64,000 bases of DNA from Lingula anatina (Eukaryota; Animalia; Brachiopoda). The notes under the pieces are model-generated. The model had not been told where the DNA came from, ran no database searches, and worked only from the letters and a program-made list of their open reading frames with translations. Positions 11,482 to 23,510 of the stretch are shown one piece after another. A program made the translations under genes and the position numbers. Each line of letters begins with the position of its first letter. The first letter of the stretch is position 1. The stretch covers positions 14,978,644 through 15,042,643 of the forward strand of contig CM120643.1 in the NCBI GenBank assembly GCA_051362555.1, written 5' to 3'.

Positions 11482-13813
11482 TCTGAATCACGTGAACGTT
11501 ATCAAGTGTCATAAGGCGTACATTACGAAAATATTTAGGTCTTGGAACGTGATTTGATGACTTTTTTAAATGCATATATATACAATTATAAATTTATAAT
11601 TAAGTTATTTAATATCAAATCATAAGTTCTGACCGAGTTTTAAAATTTATTTTAGGAGGGGTAAAAAACCCCAACCCCATCTAATATATATTGGATACAT
11701 CCGTAGGCTTATGTCCTTAGAACTAGGCGTACAAAATGTGTCTTCTAGCTAAAGTTATTATTATGGTGTATGTGTAATTAAAAAAAAAAAACGTAAGAGT
11801 GACAATAGGTCATGTGTTTCGAATGCACCCCCACTCTCCGATCAGACATTACTTTTGTATAATTCACAGTCCATCTTCGTTGTAGTTTGTGACTTTACGT
11901 CATTTCTTAGTGAAGCGGTGTTGTCCTCAATTTACCTTAAATGTCCAAATTACTAAGAAGAAACCACTTGCAAGAATTATAAGGTTTTTTATACTGCTAG
12001 GTCTATAGACGTGATACACACGATATTTTGCAACCCCACAAAATCTGTTTCTTAAAATTTTGGTTCCACCACAAAGCTTAGCACTATCATTCTTTTTTGC
12101 TTTATTGATATATTTTCAGTACATAAATAACCATTGTCTGTTGCCCAATTTTGCACAAAATTAAGATAATCCCCAAAACCTCATTAATTGTGTTTCCTCC
12201 ATCCCAAAAAATATTAAAAATTTCTCCTCATAATTTAGTAGTGCACTGGCATCTACACAGTACATAAATGTATCATTATAATAACATCTTGTTCTTACTG
12301 ATAACATAATTAGCTTAATTCCATAACAATTCTAAAATGTTAATAACAATGAAAATTCAAAGTAGATGGCAAGATTCTTATTGTGCTGATAAAGATAAAA
12401 TATGTAAATTCAATACTGATTAGGTACTGTATACTGGCTCATTGAAAAAAAGGGAACCGTTTCACAAAAAAATTAAGCTTAGACTGCCAAATCTGGATAG
12501 CCAACTATACAAAGTCAACTTTGCGATATTGTCTTACAACTACAATTTTTTAAGAATGATTGGTCCACAGTTGATGAGTAGAATATACATAAATGGGCTA
12601 CTGACACCACTGCAAGTAAAAGACTTGCCAAGACAATCAAAATGTAAATCAAAGGAAAGTGAAAAGAAAGTAAAAAGACTGGAAAAAATGAGGCAAAATT
12701 GATAACTTGGTTAATGAGCGAACAATACTCTAGTTTTGATTAAATCAGAACTTTTCTTGCACCTTTTCTTGGGGAATAGGGGATTGGTGTAGTGAAAGCC
12801 CAACCTTAACCTTTGGATGCTATTCTCATTAAACATATGCATAAAAGACAAAATTTAGACCACAAATAGATTCATGCAATCTACCAACCTTTTTTACAGT
12901 GAGTCATTGCAACTTATCAGTTATTTCTGGCCTAGGCTATCTGTAAGATTCTTACAACTGTGAAGTGCAACTTAGCCAGCTAAGTCTTTATAGGCTCAGA
13001 TTTTAGACTACAAACCAGCTTCAAACATTTAGTAAAGCAAGTGCAAGGAATAGTAAGTTTGAAGGCTCTGCCTCCCCATAGGGTGAGAACAAACACAGTC
13101 ACACTGTATGATACATTACAGAAAACATTGGTTAAAAATATACTCTGGAATTTTACATTTTCACTAGTATAGAATCAATTTGATTTCTAAAACTGACTTA
13201 TTATAAAAATACTCCTGTCAATTTAAAACTTTTTCATAAAGCATATCTGAAATACACTGATAAAATGTTATTAAAAATATTAAAATTTGATATTCACAGA
13301 TAAAATAGGCTCAAGTCAAAATGATTAAGACAATTATTGAAGCATTATTCAAACCCCAATTTTGATTATTTTCATACAATTAGTGATTCACAAGTTCTTT
13401 AACAGAGTTGTACCTAATCTGACTACATGATATCTATCAAAATCTCTCTAAAATCAAGTGACAAAAAATACCCACAGTTTCAAGCACCATAAAATATGGC
13501 TTAAGTAAGTAATATCCTCAATTGTTTCATAATAAACGTCATGTCACTTGAATGTACCATTCTCCAGAAAAAAAGATGAACTTGCAAGGTTTGATAAGTC
13601 TGCGTTTACAGGTAGATGTCATAGTTTAATATACATGAGGCAGCTTTATATCGTGGTCAACAATATTATATTATATCAGATTCTCTAGCCATGTCTTATT
13701 TGTCATAATATTTTGATTTTCAAATTCAGGGTCCCCTAGTAAAAGATCTTGCATTTCCTCTTGATCACAGAAGAATCTGAGTTGAGAATACAGTTGAGAA
13801 TACAGAGTTAAAA

Positions 13814-13919
13814 TTAGGCCTCTCCTCTCCACTCGGGGTCCTCTTGCAACTGAACCTGGCTGACATCCATGGTTACATCTTGAAAAATAATATATTCCCA
13901 AAAAAGTTTAAATGGTGCA

Positions 13920-13954
<35 letters not shown>

Positions 13955-16900
13955 TAAAATCATAAATCTTGGACACATTACTTGTCGTACGTCTGAATAA
14001 CATGACAGACAAGAAGAAAATAGTTGCTCTTGAAAATGGACTTTAAGTAATGAAAATGCAAGATGACAGCTAGTAGATAGTACATGTGCATGCAATTTAT
14101 TTGAAATTCTGACTTTTCATTCCTAATGATTTAGATTATTTATAGCCAATAATCTGAGAAAATAAAATATTCAACAGAGAAATTGATTGCAATAAATCCT
14201 GCTCGTACCTGACTGCTTAATATTCACTGCAGCAAACCTCTCTACGACATCGTCGAGCTGATCAGTAGGGTCATCGTAATCACATCCTGTGTACGCTTTT
14301 TTCTCGAGGCAGTACTTAAGGAAACTACACCAAAGAGAAGTTGAAAATAAAGAAAGAATTGCCTACTTTCTTTTGTCTTTCTGTATGGACTTTCATTCAC
14401 AATAAAAGAAAGAATTGCCTAGTAGACACTATTTTGTCTGTCAGTTTGGAGTTTAATTTACATGTTTTTTAACTTTCCTTTTTTTTCTATTTTTTTTTCA
14501 TTTAACAGTCTGTCTGAACTAAAACATGATAGCTTTCTCTTTTTAATCTTTCTATCCTCTGTTTTTTTTTGTCAGCTAGTCTGTCTGAACAAACATTAAA
14601 AATTTAATTTGTGAACTTTATTAAATCCTTAACATTTCTTTTTTTGTTGGTTTGTCTGTCTGTCTGAACAAGAGTTCTTAGAAACAATGAGATTAAATAA
14701 AGATTAAATAAAGGAAAAAAATTTTGAACCTAACATGGCTGATTTGTGTTTGGTTTGAAAAAGTCTTATAATTTGATTGAACTTTTTTTGCTTACTGATC
14801 AAATAAATTAAAATAATTCACTTCACCTGTTCCAATGTTCATATTGCGAAAGAAGAAACGGATTCCCTACAACAATCAATAGGGCCTTTGCTCTTGTGAT
14901 CGACACATTAAACCTCTGAAAAAAAATTAATCCCACATGTAACTGTATGTGCGGGTGAACACTGAAGACAGTATAGTCTGAGACTAACTGTTCATATCTC
15001 TTCTGTGAATTCCGCATCACATGGCATAGTCTCTGCAGTGCCATAGTGGAAAGAAATGGTGATGAAAATAGTATGGACTATAGCTGTTTAAATAACCTTA
15101 CATTTCAAAATATGTGTGTGCACATCCACATGTACAAAGTCTTATGAATTATGTGTTCACGCATGTACACATGCCACAGCACAATCATGGTAATGACACT
15201 ATCTTTTCAATGGGCAAAAATTATCAAACTTTCAAATGTATACCTTCATAAACACATAAAGTATATAGTATAAGTGGTACTCTTACTGCACAGATTAGAA
15301 CTATAGAGTAGCTTACTTTTTTATTCTGTTGTGACCATCCAATAGGAATTGGGTAGGAGTATCAAAATTTTAAAAATTAATGGCCTAAAAAATACCGCAT
15401 CTGTAAAATTCACGATTTCCCCCCCACTGAAAAAAATCAAGTTATTACCATATGCTGAGGTGGCACTAGCAATTTTTTCTAAAGCCAAATTACTACTTTT
15501 TCATCACTTTTTTCTCCAAAATGGTTTAAATTTGACTAAAATAAGTCAAATCAACCCTATTTTGTTTAGCCAATTGAAGTCAGTTTTAGCATTTAGCTTA
15601 ATTGGGCAGAGTTAACTCTACCCCAGTTTGTGTGTCCACATGCACAAGTGTACAAATGACTGACCTTTGGGTTCTTTAAAAAGCCCAGCTTGAACTCTGC
15701 CTCCAGAGCCAGGTAATCGGGGTTACTCCTCACGGTGGACACCATGATGACCTGTCTCTCCTGACCCTGAAATTCTGCCACACTGCCCACCTTTATGTCC
15801 CGAAAGTTTTTCTTGAACAGCAGTTGCCTCAGTTTTTGAACCTGTGGAGAGAATAAAAAGGGATGTCTGTGCATTTACAGGCCGTAACCAGCAATTTCAA
15901 AAGGGGGGTTCTTTTTCTGAAAAAGTGGACCTTTTTCCATAAAAGCTTCATGTACCTAGATCAAATTTTACCCACAGTGGACCTTTTCCCAGCAAAAGTG
16001 GCAGTTCTTTAAAACCCCTGAACCCCCCCTGGCTACGCGCCTGATTTAATACTCATCTGTTACATTCAGCATTTACTTTATCTTTATCTTATTTTACTAG
16101 TAGTTAGCCATAACTCTGAACAGGCAGCATATTGTTAGTACATTACATTATAACCAAGCTCAGGTGGATTAGTAATTGAATTTGCCATGTGAGATGGGAG
16201 TGAGCAAATTCACCACAATTTTAATTTTAATTTTTTAAATTTTTCTTTATACTTTATCACATGTACACTTCTGTAGTTAAAGTAGGACTTTTCATAAGCC
16301 TAACAGTACCATATCTATAACATACTATTAACTCAGATGTATTGTGGCTGTACTTTAAGGTAAATGGAATGTTGGACCTTTAAAGAATGTTGACTACTGG
16401 CTCTTTAGAGCTACGTATGCCACATTCTTAGAATCTATTGCCCTAACTCAGCAAAAAGGCCCAGTTAATAATTGTAAACAAATTTGCAAAGTTTTACTAG
16501 GCAGCTTCAATTAATTGGCATTTGGCGTGAAGCCCGATTTGATATTGCAAACTGTTGTTAGTAACTTGAAAAGGGAGAGGGACTGGGGAGGGGTTGCCTG
16601 TATTCATCATGGAATAAGCTCTGTCATATTTCCCTCACTTGTTTTCTGTAGGGGGAAATAATTCCAATTTCATTCTGCAAGACTCGGATGCCTCTGGCCT
16701 CCAGTAGCTTCTCCTTATATCCCAACACAATAGTTGCTTCTTCTGGATTGAAGAATGATGGACTCCTTTCCTCCCTCATGTCCTCCCCAACCACTCCATG
16801 GAATACAAAGGGATACCCCATTTTTGGTAAACCTTCCCAGTTGCAGAGGGACTCCCTGGCAAGTCGGTCAGCACAGGCTTCTAGCTCGTTGTCATAGAAC

Positions 16901-17093
16901 TGTTCGTTTGGAAGCTTGAGGATAGCAGGATGAGATCTGTAGTTTTTGAGGAGTTTTGTAAGGAGGAATGGGTTGTAATGGCCTTGACGTTGGTACAGTA
17001 CATCTTGATCGTCGTCATCTGAGCCAGGACTCGAACCACCCCTCTTCTTGTACACATCACAGTAGGTCATGTATCTTTCTAAGAGTGAGAGTC
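13814..17093 (-). CDS. MOV10: MOV10 (Armitage/MOV10 family UPF1-like SF1 RNA helicase), 3' five exons only (C-terminal RecA2 domain, ~299 aa)
   Basis: complement(join(13814..13878,14209..14324,14827..14915,15665..15841,16639..17093)). All introns are GT-AG with consistent phase. Motifs: SLLER, [83 protein letters not shown]. The C-terminus DPEWRGEA* resembles vertebrate MOV10 EPEWRNEL. Confidence 0.92.
15878..16043. mobile_element. MITE with CAGG...CCTG termini and 5-bp TSD (ATTTA)
   Basis: ATTTA|CAGGCCGTAACCAG ... CTGGCTACGCGCCTG|ATTTA, in a MOV10 intron. Confidence 0.75.
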
Positions 17094-17625
17094 CTGTAAG
17101 ACATTAAAATGATGAGACATTTCATATACATGTATAAATATATAAATGAAGTTATTCTTTATCAAAGAAACTAAATAACTATGAGGTTCAAAAGGTTTTA
17201 ATTTCACCATTATATGTACAAAAGAGATGAAAGAGACATTTTGTCAATGCTTAAGTACAAAATCTCTACTACCACATGTAAAAGTATTTCAGTGTTTGCA
17301 ATTTTACCAGAGCTTATAGAACTACCAAAAAAAAACTGATCCTTGTCAAAACCTAGTCCTAGTCAAAAGAAAGACTTTCTTTTGTCAAATTTAAAATTAT
17401 TGAAGGAATAATTCTGGGCACATCCATAGCAGTAAAAATGTTTCATTAATTGCATTACCTTTTATTTTACTTAAATCTTAGAAGCAGAAATCACTGGTCA
17501 ATAAAAAGCTTTTAGAATAAGTCCTACATGTATATGATTTTACCAGACTCTCAAACACCTTTGTAAATATTATAGTTAATCATAGTACTTTTGTCCACAA
17601 TTTTCAACTTCACTTTTCTTATACA

Positions 17626-17838
17626 CCCCATTTCCACAGATTAGATCGACCTACTTTAGATCGACCTAACTCCCTGGGGGTTCACGCTAAATAGCTGTCA
17701 GCCAGGCGGACACGAAAGTTAATTACCCCTTAGAGCTTGTAGTAGGCGGGGACGGACACTTAAGGGGGATTATCTGACAGTAATCTAGTGAGACTCCCCG
17801 CGGTGATAGATCGATCTAAAGTTGTGGGAATAGACCCT
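17626..17838. mobile_element. palindromic MITE-like element
   Basis: Left ATTTCCACAG..ACTTTAGATCGACCTA..CTGTCAG mirrors right CTGACAG..TAGATCGATCTAAAGTTGTGGGAAT. Confidence 0.65.
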
Positions 17839-20005
17839 TAGTCATAGTCTTATTTCATTTTTATTTAAGCCCGAGGTAGTAATGTAACTTCCCCTTTTAA
17901 TGCATTTCATAACACATACACTCACACACACTGGCAGATTAAAACTTTACTATTACTCATATTATCATTTTTATTATAATGGCTGTTGGGGGCATATTAT
18001 TATAATTAAATATATTAAAAACTATTATAATTATAATTATATATATTAAAAACTTATTTGCAATATAAAACAAAATTTACCTGCATAATTATCACTGCTT
18101 CCTTATTATTAATCCAGCAGAGAGCTTAACCTTTGGGAGTTTACAGGGAAATATCAACAAGTGTGCTTTATGTAATCTGATTTAATGGCCTATTAATTAG
18201 GCAAATGACTTTATAACTTAGCCTAGTGAGACCCAAGGGAAATTTACAGACTGACCCTCTCAAAGGTCTTCAGGCCCATCAGTCACACCCTTAAGAAATG
18301 CACAAAACAATAATGCACAAAATAGGAGACTATCAATTCTGATACAATAATACATTATGTTTAACTGCACAGTCAACATCAAATGTTTTAAAATTATGCA
18401 CAACAGGTAACACCGACAAAAGTAAAAGCATAAGGCGTCAGGCCCATCAGAGTTCAAGTTTATACTTAGAAAGTGCCAAAATGAGAAAAATGAAAATTTC
18501 ACAAAAAATGCATAAATTTAATAAAAGTGATAATCTAATAGAGCTGGTTTTCTAATATGAGTTGTATGTCAATCCTAAGAATCATTCTTGTAAGACTAGT
18601 TGAAAAATTAGAAAGTAACAGTTTTCTTTCTATAACGTTAATGGTGGCAGTGTACAAAAGAGGTTTTTTTGTCAATTTTGATGCAACATTACATAATGAT
18701 TAACTGTATAAATACCACCAATTTTTAAATATCTACTATTAAAAACATGGACATTAAAAAAAGGTGATTACCACTGGGCTTCATGCCCAAGGGAGCTCTA
18801 AGTCCCACATTGAAAATTCCAATATGTGAAAGATAAAAATTTTCACAAAAAACCTCTATAACTTCCAGAAAATTAACTAATGAGACAGATTTTCCAACTG
18901 AAGCTGTATTTCAGTCCTATGTTTCTTTCCTTTAAGTGTAAAAAGAGCAAGTGACATGGTTTTCCTTTCACGGTCACTAAGGAGGCAGTGCCTAAAATAG
19001 GGTTTTGTTCAATTTTGATGCAATATTACATAATGCTTAACAGCATAACAACCATCAGTTTTTTAATGATAAAATAAAACTATCATGGATATTCACAAAA
19101 TGTGTCTAGCCCATAGAGTTCAGAAACACTTTGAAAATCCCAAAATCTAAACAAGAGAAACTGTATTAAAAAGAGTTTATTTCCATTTTCAATACCTTTT
19201 TTACATGAAAAAAAAATCGATTTATTGTCATTTTTATATGATCAATTAAAATATGTTGTCAAAGGAAAAATATCAATAGAACAAATTTAAATGTCCAACT
19301 TGCTCCATTCTGAGATTCTTAACTTAGTGAATGATTGAATCTGACGAACTTCAATGATATGAGTTCCCTTCCATTTTTGATATTTTATTACACAATGCAC
19401 AATAAAAGGTGTACTGTCATTTTTATATAATCAACTAACAATATTTTTAAGAAGCAGAAAATGTCAAAACAACACTTTTACATATCTAATTTGTTCCATA
19501 TTGAGACTGTTAACATGCCTAAGAATTAAATCTGAAGAAAAGCCACTTATATGCAAAAAGGCTAATAACTTCATCAAAACTTAACTGATCAAGCTTATTT
19601 TCAAACTTGATCTGTATATTAGTCAGACTGATCACTCCTGTAAGTTTCAAGACAAAAGGCTGATTGGTTTTCCTTAAAATGTGTTATCAGTGTTGCATAT
19701 ATGCTGAATAATGAAAAAAAAAAAAAAAAAACAGCATAACTTTAAATAGTCCAGTAAAAATAGTCCAATCAAGCCAATTTTCGAACTTGACCTGTGTATT
19801 ATGAATGTTCATCAGTTCTGTAAGTTTCAAGCCAAAAGGTAAAATGGTTTTCCACTTATCGTGTTATCAGTGCTGCATATATGCTGAGAAAATGCAGAAA
19901 ATGGTTCATTTTGTTAATTTTGATGCAATAATAAATCATGCCTACAATAGCACTGTCAATCAACACTGAATTTTAATCATGCACAACAGGTGACATCGTC
20001 AATAA

Positions 20006-20164
20006 CAGGAGCGGATCCAGAGATATTTTCTGACAGTATTCCAAATTATCTTTGTTGATCCATCCTACATTTTTGATGGTCTTCCAACAGAAAAAAAAAC
20101 AGATACCCATCAATATGAACTTTAAAATCTGAAAGACCCAGAAGACGGCCTCAATCCACCCCTG
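20006..20164. mobile_element. MITE with CAGG...CCTG termini and 6-bp TSD (CAATAA)
   Basis: CAATAA|CAGGAGCGGATCC ... AATCCACCCCTG|CAATAA. Confidence 0.65.
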
Positions 20165-21056
20165 CAATAAGATTACAGTTTCAGGACCAAATTCACATAA
20201 TGAAAATCCCAATATTTGAATAATGATGACAATGCATAAAATAATATTACATAATGTTTAAAGACATAAAAATCAATGCAACTGTTTATGTGGAAATACA
20301 GAGAATGTGAAGAGCTTCAGGTGGATGGGAGCTGAAAATGCCAGTGTTTGAAAAATAAATTAAAAAGAAAACACAACAAAAATATCCCATTAAAGCTGCT
20401 ATTCAAACTTTTAATCTTGCTGTAATAACATGATATGAATAACCCCAATGTGTTTGAGGATAATAAGGCACTGTTATTCAATTTTTTTTCTTTTGTTAAC
20501 TTATTTGCAATATTAAACAACATTTACCTGCATAATTATCACAGATTCCTAATTATGTGACACAGTTAAGAGAGCTTTACCTATGGGACTTTACTGGGAA
20601 ATCTCAACGTGTGTTTTATGTAATCTTATTTAATGGGCACTTGGAAATTAATTAGGCAAATGATTTTATAGCTCTGAATTTAGCTTGTGACTACCCCGGA
20701 AGGGACAATTACCACCATCCATAAACAGTAGCCCCATATAGCACTCTATAGAGCTGCATTGCTTCCAGAACAGAAAACAATCACTCTGATTTTCCAACAC
20801 AAACTGCACGTCAGTCTTACAAAACTTTACAGTAAGTTTGAGTATCATAAGTAACATGGTTTTTCCTTAATGGTCATTCCGGCAGCCATTTCCAAAATAG
20901 GGTTTTCTTCAACTTTTATGCAATATAACATAATGACCATCAATTTTTAATAATAAAATAAAAGTATCATGGATATACAGAAAATGTGACATGGAAAGGT
21001 CTTCAAGGCCATGGAAGTTCTGAGTCACACTTTCAAAATGCCAAAATGTACCTGTA

Positions 21057-22163
21057 TACAAGATATAACTGTATTGAATTGATTTTCTTCCATTTTCAAC
21101 ACCTTTTTTTCATATAACAAAGTAATCAATTTACTGTCATTTTTAAATGAACAACTGAGAAAATTGTTGACATAGGAAAAATATCAATAGAACAATTTTA
21201 AATGTCCAGTTTGCTCCATTCTGAGATTCTGAACATGGTGAATGATTGAATCTGACAAACTGTAAAGATATGAGTTTATTATTATTTCCATTTTTTGACA
21301 CTTTATTACACAATTACAGGTTTACCATCTTTTTTATATAATCAACTAACAATATTGTTAAGATGCAGAAAATGTCAAAAGAACACCTTTACATATCTAA
21401 TTAGTTCACAGATGAGATTGTTAACATGCCTAAGAATTAAATCAAAGGAAAAAACACTTATATACAAAAAAGGCATAACTTCACCAGAACTGAACCAATG
21501 GAGCTTATTTTCGAACTCCATCTGTATTTCAGTAAGACTGATCACCCCTGTAAATTTCAAGACAATTGGCCAATTGATTTTCCTTGAAATGCGTTATCGA
21601 TATTGCATACATGCTAAAAAAAAAGTGAAAAAACAGCATAACTTCCATAAAATTGGTCCAATCACGCTGATTTTCAAACTTGACCTGTGTATTATGAATA
21701 GTCATCAGTTCTGTAAGTTTCAAGCCAAAAGGTAAAATGGTTTTTCACTTATCGTGTTATCAGTGTTGCATATATGCTTAAAAAAATGAAAAAAGAGCAT
21801 AACTTCCATAAAAATGGCCCGATCATGCTGATTTTCGAACTTGACCTGCATATTATGTATATTCATTAGTTCCATAAGTTTCAAGCCAAAAGGTAAAACG
21901 GTTTTTCACTTATCGTGTTATCGGTGTTGCATATATGCTGAAAAAAGTGAAAAAACAGCATAACTTCCATATAGATGGCCATATCATGCTGATTTTCGAA
22001 CTTGACCTGCATATTATGAAAGCTCATCAGTTCTGTAAGTTTCAAGCCAAAAGGTAAAACAGTTTTTCACTTATCATGTTATTGGTGGTCAAAGTGCACA
22101 GCGACGACGACAGACACAGGTGATGGCTATATGTACAGACACATCTGTGTCTGTACATAAAAA
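21057..22163 (+). mobile_element. Helentron-associated non-autonomous element (HINE/DINE-1-like) with internal ~162-bp tandem repeats
   Basis: Core repeats (TTGCATA at 21603, 21766, 21927), then a (GAC)n/GACA microsatellite at ~22102-22116, a 13-bp-stem hairpin TATGTACAGACAC-ATCT-GTGTCTGTACATA (22130-22159) and an A-run. A truncated sister copy lies at ~19150-19900. Confidence 0.7.
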
Positions 22164-22175
22164 GCCTCAAAGTTA

Positions 22176-22936
22176 CCATGGCCCATAGGAGCCTACGCGT
22201 GTGTCTTTTAGACGCCCCTTTACATGCGAAAACGACAAGGCCTATGCCGAGTTCGTCTTTTACTACAGAGCTTTGAGAGCCGAAAATGACACGGCTGTGT
22301 CTCTTTCGCCACTTACTGAACGCGTTAGATGCGAGGTTGACACGACCCATGTCGCGTTCGTCTCTCAAATGGCACTGTTATAAAACATGAAATAGGCATG
22401 ACGTGTGGTTTTCGCAGCTGAATAAGTAGACCCTTATAAACGAAGTTGACGTGACCTTGAGATTCGATTTCAACTCTTACAAACCTCCAACAAAATCTAT
22501 CTCCACACAGATGCGCACAACATGTACTATTGGACATGGGTCAGTTGAAACACTATTAACATAAAAGGGCTCATGTTACTTTCAGCCAACTCTTATATGT
22601 CAAATCCAATTAATTTGAAACAGAAGTGCTGTCCCAAAACATTTTTTCATTTGAATCCCATCACAATTTAGTGCTATCTACTGTACATAACAGTGTGGCT
22701 AATTGCTTGTAATAATTATATAACCTTACAATTTTATTTTGAAGGATTAAAATATTAAAGGTTTTAAGACGGTCCTTCTGTTTCAAATTAATTGGCTGAA
22801 AGTAACATGAGCCCTTTAGGTTAGTAGGGTTTCAACTGAAGCTCTGTAATAAAAGACGAATGCGGCATAGGCCTTGTCGTTTTCGCATGTAAAGGGGCGT
22901 CTAAAAGACGCACGCGTAGGCTCTTATGGGCCATGG
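22176..22936. mobile_element. non-autonomous DNA transposon with ~100-bp TIRs flanked by TA, containing a nested inverted repeat
   Basis: TA|CCATGGCCCATAGGAGCCTACGCGTG..TTTTAGACGCCCCTTTACATGCGAAAACGACAAGGCCTATGCCG is mirrored at 22841-22936|TA. Inner inverted repeat at 22541-22626 / 22775-22839. Confidence 0.85.
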
Positions 22937-23099
22937 TACAAAGTAATAGCAGAATTTGTAAAAACTGCTGTTAAAATATATATAGTTCACCTACAATTTA
23001 GTACATCACAGCCACTAATTGTTGATAATGCTGTGAATAGCTTAACTAATTAATTACCCTTACAGCATAACATACTTTAACACGTGTAATTTAAGCATA

Positions 23100-23220
23100 A
23101 TACATATGTAAACATATATAAATGTATATCCTTTATATATTGTGTAAATAATGTAGCCTAGTGAGCCTGCAAATGTATTTAGTGCTCAATAAACTTATTA
23201 TTATTACTTATTATTACATA
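23100..23220 (+). mobile_element. probable LINE 3' tail relic
   Basis: ..TGTAAATAATGTAGCC..GTGCTCAATAAACTTATTATTATT: AATAAA followed directly by a (TTA)n tail. Confidence 0.35.
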
Positions 23221-23429
23221 TAATCTCGTGCAGAATAAGAGGATAAATAAACAGGAAAAAAATCGTATGCAAAATTAAATGGAGTGAAGAGAAAGGAAAA
23301 TAAGAAACTTCCATAGGATCAAAATACAACATTGTTAAATGTAGTTAAATTGGCGTGTCCACCCAACTTAGACAAGACAAAACTTTAAATCGACCTTCAC
23401 CTTGAATTTGATTGGTCACAACCTTATCA

Positions 23430-23510
23430 CGCCGGGAGAAAAGTGCTGCAGATGCATGTAACATTTCTGGCAGACGAGGAAGGAGGTAGAGTAATATTTA
23501 GGTGAGTTTT
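23430..23510 (+). other. candidate non-coding first exon of the Mextli-like gene
   Basis: AG|GTGAGT donor at 23511, preceded by ATTGG (inverted CCAAT, 23411). The ATG exon has an acceptor at 26293, so an upstream 5' UTR exon is required. Confidence 0.35.

Larger units (their letters stand above)
18060..22163. repeat. two diverged copies of a composite repeat block (~18060-19950 and ~20520-22163)
   Basis: TTTACCTGCATAATTATCAC at ~18076 and ~20523. ACATGGTTTT..AAAATAGGGTTTT at ~18954 and ~20854. GGAAAAATATCAATAGAACAA..TTTAAATGTCCA at ~19264 and ~21175. Confidence 0.85.
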
